Positions 26,261 through 32,000 of a DNA stretch of 32,000 nt are shown here, in pieces. This DNA is from Candidatus Electronema halotolerans (GTDB lineage Bacteria; Desulfobacterota; Desulfobulbia; Desulfobulbales; Desulfobulbaceae): assembly GCA_942493095.1 (NCBI GenBank), contig OW818675.1, forward strand, positions 1,950,001 to 1,982,000. Reading direction: 5' to 3'. Within the stretch, counting starts at the first letter, position 1, and every line of letters starts with the position of its first letter. The notes below the pieces were generated by a model. That model made no database searches. It saw only the letters and a list, made by a program, of their open reading frames with translations, and had not been told where the DNA came from. Position numbers and translations under genes: made by a program.

Positions 26261-26956
26261 TTACAATACTCTGTAGAGAAATACTTCATGGGGGACAGAA
26301 CAGCCGTTCAGCAGTTTTCTATGTGTATATTTTTGACGATCAAGGATCGTGAACTGTTCCTGCTTATCCATCCATTGCAAAATTTCTTGTCTATTCTTAT
26401 GAAAAGGATCATCAACTAAATTAAAAGCAATATAGGCGGGTTCTTTCAGTAAATCTGTATAAAGCTGATAGTCTTTCAGGGCTAAATGGTTTGCTGCTCC
26501 GCAGATTATTAAGCAGTTGATATTTTTTTTCTTCAGTTCTGACAGGTCATCTTCTGGAAACAAGAAGCATCTGTTATAAATACCGGGCGTATCGCGATTC
26601 AAGGCTTTCAGTGCTTCCGCTGTAATTTCAACACCGGCAAGGTACTGTACAGCGAGGGAAGGACTGTCGATTATTTTCTTTCCCATAAGTCCGCTGCCAC
26701 AGGCAATGTCTGCTATTCTCAGAGGCAGTCTTTTGGGGATAAAGGAGATCAGAATTTTTTCAATGGCATCATAAACCCCACATTTCAAAAAATCTACAAT
26801 CAGTTGACGATAAAGATCAGGATAACTGTAGAGGAACGGGTAATCCCAAATATGAAATTCCCTGCTCGTCCCATCTGAAAACTGCACTTCAAGCAGTTCG
26901 TCCCCCTGCTTTCCTGTTCTGATGCTGCTGAACATATACATACGATTATTGCACAT
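26261..26956 (-). CDS. Class I SAM-dependent methyltransferase-like protein (cassette gene 3)
   Basis: LRIADIACGSGLMGKKIIDSPSLAVQYLAGVEITAEALKAL resembles motif I/II of Rossmann methyltransferases; overlaps the upstream ORF by 11 nt. Confidence 0.65.
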   Translation of the reverse strand: MCNNRMYMFSSIRTGKQGDELLEVQFSDGTSREFHIWDYPFLYSYPDLYRQLIVDFLKCGVYDAIEKILISFIPKRLPLRIADIACGSGLMGKKIIDSPSLAVQYLAGVEITAEALKALNRDTPGIYNRCFLFPEDDLSELKKKNINCLIICGAANHLALKDYQLYTDLLKEPAYIAFNLVDDPFHKNRQEILQWMDKQEQFTILDRQKYTHRKLLNGCSVPHEVFLYRVL

Positions 26957-27908
26957 CTATCTTCTGCTCCTGTAGAAAATCAGGATTATATATTTTTGAC
27001 AAATACTTGATACCGTGATCGTAGAGGATGGTGATAATAACTCCTTTATCTATCTGTTTGCTCAATTTTTGACAGGCAGCAAGATTCAATCCACTGCTGC
27101 CGCCGACAAAGAATCCTTCTGTTTTTGCAAGCTGGTGACAGCAATTGACTGCCTCCTTATCAGAAATATCAATCACATCATCAATTAAAGAGAAATCAGT
27201 ACAGCTTGTTGGCTTCATTTTTCCCGCTCCTTCAATAAGGTATTTCTTTTTTTTGGAGATTTTAACAGACTGTTTTCTGTATTTTCGATAATGTCCGGAA
27301 AGGCATGAATGCAGAGGATCGGCAAGTATCACCTTAATGTCTCTATTTTTCTCCTTTAGATATCGTGCTGTTCCAGCAATGCAGCCAAAGGTTGAAGAAG
27401 TCATGACTAGAAAGTTCACCTTTCCACAACTTTGCTTCCATATTTCAGGACCAAGAGAGGAATAGTAGGCGTACGGGTTGTCAGGATTGTCATACTGATT
27501 AATATCAAAATAGCCATTTCTTTTTGCAAGTTCCATTGCATATTCTATATAGTCATCTGTCACAATAAGACGGGCGTTAAAAGCTCGAATATGATCCTGC
27601 TTTTCGCGACTGCATTTTTCAGAGGTGACAATAACCACCTTGTATCCTTTCACTGCTCCCAGCATCGCGAGACTCAACCCGGTATTCCCGCTTGAAGCGC
27701 ATATAACTGTGTCCCCTGGATGAAGTTTTTTTTCACATTCAGCTCGCAGTAAGATATATTTAATCATACGATCTTTCATGCTCAGGCCGGGATTCATAAA
27801 TTCACACTTTGCATAGAGCGAAACAGACCTGTCCAGTATTGAACTCAAATCAACCAACGGAGTGTTTCCGATGAGATCAACAAGTTTTTTTGGAGCCGGG
27901 ACAATCAT
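26946..27908 (-). CDS. PLP-dependent fold-type II enzyme of the cysteine synthase/cystathionine beta-synthase family (cassette gene 2)
   Basis: LIGNTPLVDLSSI, KCEFMNPGLSMKDRM (PLP lysine region), ASSGNTGLSLAMLGAVKGYKVVIV (substrate loop), VGGSSGLNLAA. The glycine-rich phosphate loop is atypical (MTSSTFGCIAGTARYLKEKN). Confidence 0.85.
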   Translation of the reverse strand: MIVPAPKKLVDLIGNTPLVDLSSILDRSVSLYAKCEFMNPGLSMKDRMIKYILLRAECEKKLHPGDTVICASSGNTGLSLAMLGAVKGYKVVIVTSEKCSREKQDHIRAFNARLIVTDDYIEYAMELAKRNGYFDINQYDNPDNPYAYYSSLGPEIWKQSCGKVNFLVMTSSTFGCIAGTARYLKEKNRDIKVILADPLHSCLSGHYRKYRKQSVKISKKKKYLIEGAGKMKPTSCTDFSLIDDVIDISDKEAVNCCHQLAKTEGFFVGGSSGLNLAACQKLSKQIDKGVIITILYDHGIKYLSKIYNPDFLQEQKIDVQ

Positions 27909-28639
27909 CCTGCATTCCTCCTGAACTCTATAACGTAAATTTTTTTATTCCATTCACCGTTCTTTTTGCTGATTTCACGCCGTTGCCGCTCGTCTTCAGA
28001 CATTTTTCCGACAGCAGGATAAAAAATTTGCCGGAGAGGCACTATAGCTGCGCATTTTTTTACCACAGTCAGGCCACGGTCTCCAGCATCTTTCAGAATA
28101 TTATCAGGCAGCAATACTGATGATATCCCCAGATAGGCGCGGGTTTGCCTATGCAGGCATGAGGCCAGCCATTCTGTAAACTGATCAATCAAATGTCGTC
28201 CGTCAGCTCCTCCGTCACGAAAAATACGTTCCCGACCATCTCTGTATGTATCAATGGGAACCAAGTCCGTCGGTAGCTGCGGCGGATTGAAAAAAATCGC
28301 ATCTATCTGATATTGAGACAGTTCAATGTCTTGGAAAGGTGTATTGAGCAGCCTGTATGCAGACTCCGGGATACGATGACGCTGTAGATTTCGCTGCGTT
28401 AAACGAATAGCATCCTTCTGGAGATCGTTAAAATAAACAAAGCCGCTCCCGTTGAGCAGCGCGTACAGACCGACAATACCGCTTCCGCAGCCGATATCCA
28501 GCAGACATCTCGGGCAATCAAAAGACAGGGCTTCGCACATCAGTCTGCTGAATGGGGTTTTGTCTGGGATGCCTTCATTACCGTACAGATGAACAGCATC
28601 AAAACATGCACCCCTAACGCCTTTTTTTTCTTTGTTCAT
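27905..28639 (-). CDS. SAM-dependent methyltransferase, MTS/PrmC-like with NPPQ motif (cassette gene 1)
   Basis: CLLDIGCGSGIVGLYALLNGSGFVYFNDLQKDAIRLTQRNLQRHRI and IDAIFFNPPQLPTD; 4-nt overlap with the downstream ORF. Confidence 0.78.
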   Translation of the reverse strand: MNKEKKGVRGACFDAVHLYGNEGIPDKTPFSRLMCEALSFDCPRCLLDIGCGSGIVGLYALLNGSGFVYFNDLQKDAIRLTQRNLQRHRIPESAYRLLNTPFQDIELSQYQIDAIFFNPPQLPTDLVPIDTYRDGRERIFRDGGADGRHLIDQFTEWLASCLHRQTRAYLGISSVLLPDNILKDAGDRGLTVVKKCAAIVPLRQIFYPAVGKMSEDERQRREISKKNGEWNKKIYVIEFRRNAG

Positions 28640-28695
28640 GATAACAGGCTTTCAATATGCTTGCAGGTAAAAAAACAGAAAACACAAGTCATCTC

Positions 28696-28729
28696 GTTCC
28701 AACGCTCAAGCATGTCAGCGTTGGAACGC
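28696..28729. repeat. Perfect 12-bp inverted repeat (possible dispersed palindromic element or 3' hairpin of the Pat-like gene)
   Basis: CGTTCCAACGCT (28696-28707), caagcatgtc, AGCGTTGGAACG (28718-28729). Confidence 0.7.
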
Positions 28730-28758
28730 ATGAACCATGCCACCAAATTGCGGCAGCT

Positions 28759-31437
28759 TTAGAGCCGCAGCACCACATGGACCACATCCGGGTCTTCATC
28801 GCTGTTGCTGATGTTGAAGCCGAGTTTGGCCGCCAAGGTGAGCATGTCATTATTAGTAGAGAGCACATCGCCTTCCATGAGCCGCAAACCATGACTGCGG
28901 GCTGCGGCAAGGAGCTGCTGCATGAGCAGATGGGCAATGCCCTGCCGCTGCCATTCGTCGGCCACGACAATGGCGAATTCGCAGCTCCGGCCATCCGGGT
29001 TGATGCTGTAGCGGGCCACGCCGATCTGTTTTTCCTTGTCCTCCGCACCATGCACCACGGAAATCAGCCCCATCTCCCGGCTGTAGTCGATCTGGGTGAA
29101 GCGGGCCAGCATCTGCGGACTGAGTTCGTCAATCGCCTGCATGAAGCGGAAATACTTGCTCTGCTCAGAGAGATTGCGGACAAATTCCTGCTCCATGTCC
29201 GCATCCTCTGGCCGGATGGGCCGGATGACCATGTCCATGCCATTGGGCAGCTGCCGCTTGGTGACAAAATGGGCTGGATATGGATAAATAGCCATGTGGC
29301 TGTAGCGGTCGGAAGTCATCGCGTGAAAATCAACCACGATCCGCGCATCCACGGCCATTGCCCCGTGCTCATCGACAATCAGGGGGTTGATGTCCAGCTC
29401 CTTGACCAAGGGCAGCTCGCAGGCGATTTCCGAGACCCGGAGCAGGACATGCTCCAAGGCTTCCATGTCAACCTTGGGCATGTGCCGGAACGCGCCCAGC
29501 AGCTTGAAAACTCTGGTGCTCTGAATCAGGTCTTGGACCAAGCGGCGATTGAGCGGCGGCAGGGTCACGGCCCGGTCGCCCATCACCTCGACCGAAATGC
29601 CGCCCGCGCCAAAGGTGATCACCGGGCCAAAGACCGGGTCTGTGACCAAGCCGACCAGCAGCTCCCGGCCATTGGGCCGCTGAAGCATGGGCTGAATGGT
29701 CACGCCGTCAATGCGGGCTTCGGGCCGGTTCCGGCGCACCTCGGCCAGCATCTCGTTGTAGGCGCTGCGGGCTGCCTGGGCATTGCTGATCCCAAGCCGC
29801 ACGCCGCCCGCATCTGACTTGTGGGTGATGTCGGGCGAATTGATTTTCAGGGCCACGGGAAAGCCGATGGTCTCAGCCTGGACCAAGGCCTCGTTGGGCG
29901 AGCGGACTATGCTGGCCGGAGTGGTCGGAATATGGAAAGCATGCAGCACCGCCTTGGACTCAGCCTCACTGAGCACCTTGCGGCCCTCTGCCAGCACGCT
30001 CTCGATGATCAGGCGCGCCCCTTCCACATCCGGTGCCCTGTCCCGCGAGATCGGCCCCGGCGTTTCCAACAGCAGCTTCTGGTTCCGGCCATGATTGACC
30101 AAGTAGGAAAAGGCATCCACCGCTGTTTCCGGGGTGTTGAAGGTCGGGATGTTGGCATCGCGGAAAATGCGGCGGCCTTCGCCAACCTGAATTTCCCCCA
30201 TCCAGCAGGTCAGGAGCGGCTTTTTGCCCGTGTTCAGCTCGACCAGTGACTGGGCCACGCCTGCCGGGTCGGTCATGGCCTGCGGAGTGAGAATGACCAG
30301 CAGACCATCGACATTGGGATCATCCATGCAGATGGACACAGCTTGGGCATAGCGTTCCGGGGTCGCATCACCAATAATGTCAACCGGATTGCTGTGCGAC
30401 CACGTTGCAGGCAGGACTTCGTTCAGCCGCTTCATGGTCTCTTTGGACAGCTCGGCCAAAGGTAGGCCCAGATCAGCCAGCCGGTCTGTGGCCATCACCC
30501 CTGGGCCGCCGCCATTGGTGACAATTGCCAGCCGGTCGCCATCCGCCTTAGTCGGAAAGGTCAGGATGGCGGCGGCAGAGAAGAGATTGGCGATGCGCAG
30601 GCCGCGCACCACCCCTGCCCGCCGCAAGGCGCTGTCAAACACGTCATCCGCCCCGACCAGTGCGCCGGTGTGCGACATGGCCGCCTTGGAGCCGCTGGCG
30701 TGCCGTCCCACTTTCAAGGCAATGACCGGCTTGAAGCGGGCCGCTGCCCGCAGGCCGCTCATAAAGGACAAGGCGTTGTGAATGCCTTCGATATACAGCA
30801 AGATGCTCTTGGTCTTGGGGTCATTGACTAAGTAATCGAGCACATCGCCAAAGTCGATGTCGGCGGAAATGCCGGTCGAAACCACAGCGGAAAAGCCGAT
30901 CTTGTTGGCAGCAGCCCAGTCAAGAATGGCCGTGCAGAGCGCGCCGGACTGCGAAACAAGGGCAATATTGCCCGGCGCGGCCACGCCCTTGTTGAAGGTG
31001 CAGTTCAGACCGGTGGCAGGCCGCATGATGCCGAGGCAGTTTGGCCCGACAAAGCGCAGGCCGTGGCGGCGGGCGTTCTCCAAGACCGCCTGCTCCAGTT
31101 TCAGGCCCTGCTGCCCGACCTCGCGGAAACCTGCTGAGATGATCACTGCCGAGCGGATGCCGTAGCTGCCGCAGGCTTCGATAATGGCAGGCACGGTTGC
31201 CGCCGGAGTGGTGATCACGGCCAGATCAACCGGCTGGCCAAGGCTCTTCAGGTCAGGATAGGCTTTGCGGCCTTGCACCTCCTCGTGCTTGGGGTTGACC
31301 GGAAAGACCTCGCCCTTGAAGCCGCCTTCAATCATGTTTTTGAAGACCAGATTGCCCACCGCCCCTTCGCGGTCGCTGGCACCGAAGACCGCGACTGAGC
31401 GCGGTTCAAACAGCTTGTTGAGATAGTGCTTGCCCAT
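28759..31437 (-). CDS. ADP-forming acyl-CoA synthetase (fused CoA-binding and ATP-grasp) with C-terminal GNAT domain, Pat/YfiQ-like protein lysine acetyltransferase
   Basis: 892 aa; FEPRSVAVFGASDREGAVGNLVFKNM, FVGPNCLGIM, VSQSGALCTAILDWA, SHTGALVG, KINSPDITHKSDAGGVRLG, and a C-terminal GNAT segment CEFAIVVADEWQRQGIAHLLMQQLLAAAR. Confidence 0.92.
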   Translation of the reverse strand: MGKHYLNKLFEPRSVAVFGASDREGAVGNLVFKNMIEGGFKGEVFPVNPKHEEVQGRKAYPDLKSLGQPVDLAVITTPAATVPAIIEACGSYGIRSAVIISAGFREVGQQGLKLEQAVLENARRHGLRFVGPNCLGIMRPATGLNCTFNKGVAAPGNIALVSQSGALCTAILDWAAANKIGFSAVVSTGISADIDFGDVLDYLVNDPKTKSILLYIEGIHNALSFMSGLRAAARFKPVIALKVGRHASGSKAAMSHTGALVGADDVFDSALRRAGVVRGLRIANLFSAAAILTFPTKADGDRLAIVTNGGGPGVMATDRLADLGLPLAELSKETMKRLNEVLPATWSHSNPVDIIGDATPERYAQAVSICMDDPNVDGLLVILTPQAMTDPAGVAQSLVELNTGKKPLLTCWMGEIQVGEGRRIFRDANIPTFNTPETAVDAFSYLVNHGRNQKLLLETPGPISRDRAPDVEGARLIIESVLAEGRKVLSEAESKAVLHAFHIPTTPASIVRSPNEALVQAETIGFPVALKINSPDITHKSDAGGVRLGISNAQAARSAYNEMLAEVRRNRPEARIDGVTIQPMLQRPNGRELLVGLVTDPVFGPVITFGAGGISVEVMGDRAVTLPPLNRRLVQDLIQSTRVFKLLGAFRHMPKVDMEALEHVLLRVSEIACELPLVKELDINPLIVDEHGAMAVDARIVVDFHAMTSDRYSHMAIYPYPAHFVTKRQLPNGMDMVIRPIRPEDADMEQEFVRNLSEQSKYFRFMQAIDELSPQMLARFTQIDYSREMGLISVVHGAEDKEKQIGVARYSINPDGRSCEFAIVVADEWQRQGIAHLLMQQLLAAARSHGLRLMEGDVLSTNNDMLTLAAKLGFNISNSDEDPDVVHVVLRL

Positions 31438-31474
31438 GAGAAGTTCCTTATAGCGGTTTCGTATTGAACAGATA

Positions 31475-32000
31475 TCAAACCCAGCAATGACGGAAAAACG
31501 ATTTGATTGATTTTGACTTAACCGTTTTCAGAGATATATCATAAGCTTCCATCAGCTCACGCTCTGTTCTCGGCTTCAATTTTCTTATAGTGTTTTTCAT
31601 TACTGACCAGCAGTATTCAATAGGGTTCAGTTCAGGACGATAAGGAGGGAGGAAAATGATCTTCGCTCCTGTACTTCTGATCAAAGCGAGAGCTTCTTTG
31701 TTTTTATGAGGACTGGCATTGTCAAGAACGACTGTCTTGCTGCTGTCAAGATATTTCAAAAGATAATTTTTTATATAGAAATAAAAGACATCTCCTGTCA
31801 TGGTGCCTTTAAATTTCATGCACTTCAATATTTTTCCAAACTTTACAGCTCCTATCATGCTTATTCTTTTCCCTTTACCTGAAGGTCTTTTTGAAAAAGC
31901 TCTTGTTCCTTTTCTTGATCTTGCAAATTTTCTCGACATGTTCAAACAGCATCCTGTCTCATCAATAAAGATGAAATTCTTTTTGTCAGCCTCGAGCAGG
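31475..32000 (-). mobile_element. IS630-family DDE transposase, C-terminal part; continues past the right edge
   Basis: FIFIDETGCCLNMSRKFARSRKGTRA...TVVLDNASPHKNKEALALIRSTGAKIIFLPPYRPELNPIEYCWSVMKN. The frame stays open to 32000 upstream of the track ORF start. Confidence 0.92.

Noticed and set aside
28657-29817. 386-aa plus-strand ORF (and the similar 25662-26276 ORF)
   Set aside because: Antisense shadow of the Pat-like gene and its duplicate; the similarity between the two antisense ORFs is explained by that duplication.
1-32000. CRISPR array
   Set aside because: No regularly spaced repeats were found by eye; the repeats seen are gene duplications, inverted repeats or protein-domain repeats.

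Overview
This 32 kb window is bacterial and mostly GC-rich. The organism is probably a Desulfobacterota/Desulfobulbales-type, but that is inference from gene content. (1) 1-8.8 kb, minus strand: a compact translation/RNA operon tRNA-Gly(CCC)-rimP-nusA-ylxR-infB-rbfA-nrnA-truB-rpsO-(membrane protein)-pnp. A near-consensus promoter lies upstream of the tRNA, and a 14-bp palindrome overlaps its -10. (2) 8.9-21.2 kb, plus strand: a PHP-domain protein, an NtrC-type sigma-54 response regulator with a GSFTDA loop, and a minor-pilin cluster (two tandem GspH/FimU-like pilins, PilW-, PilV- and PilX-like proteins, and a 2182-aa PilY1 with three CBM5/12-like repeats and several Ca-binding-like loops). (3) 21.2-25.6 kb, minus strand: zwf, an ispDF fusion and a DUF262/DUF1524 (GmrSD-like) protein overlapping ispDF by one nucleotide. 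(4) 25.6-31.4 kb, minus strand: a visibly AT-richer three-gene cassette (methyltransferase / cysteine-synthase-fold PLP enzyme / methyltransferase) with overlapping ORFs. It sits between a full-length ADP-forming acyl-CoA synthetase/GNAT (Pat-like) gene and a truncated, internally deleted copy of that gene's 3' end. (5) A partial IS630-family transposase runs off the right end. The strongest candidate for an undescribed system is the cassette in (4). The unusual PilY1 architecture and the coupled DUF262 gene come next. No CRISPR array was seen.
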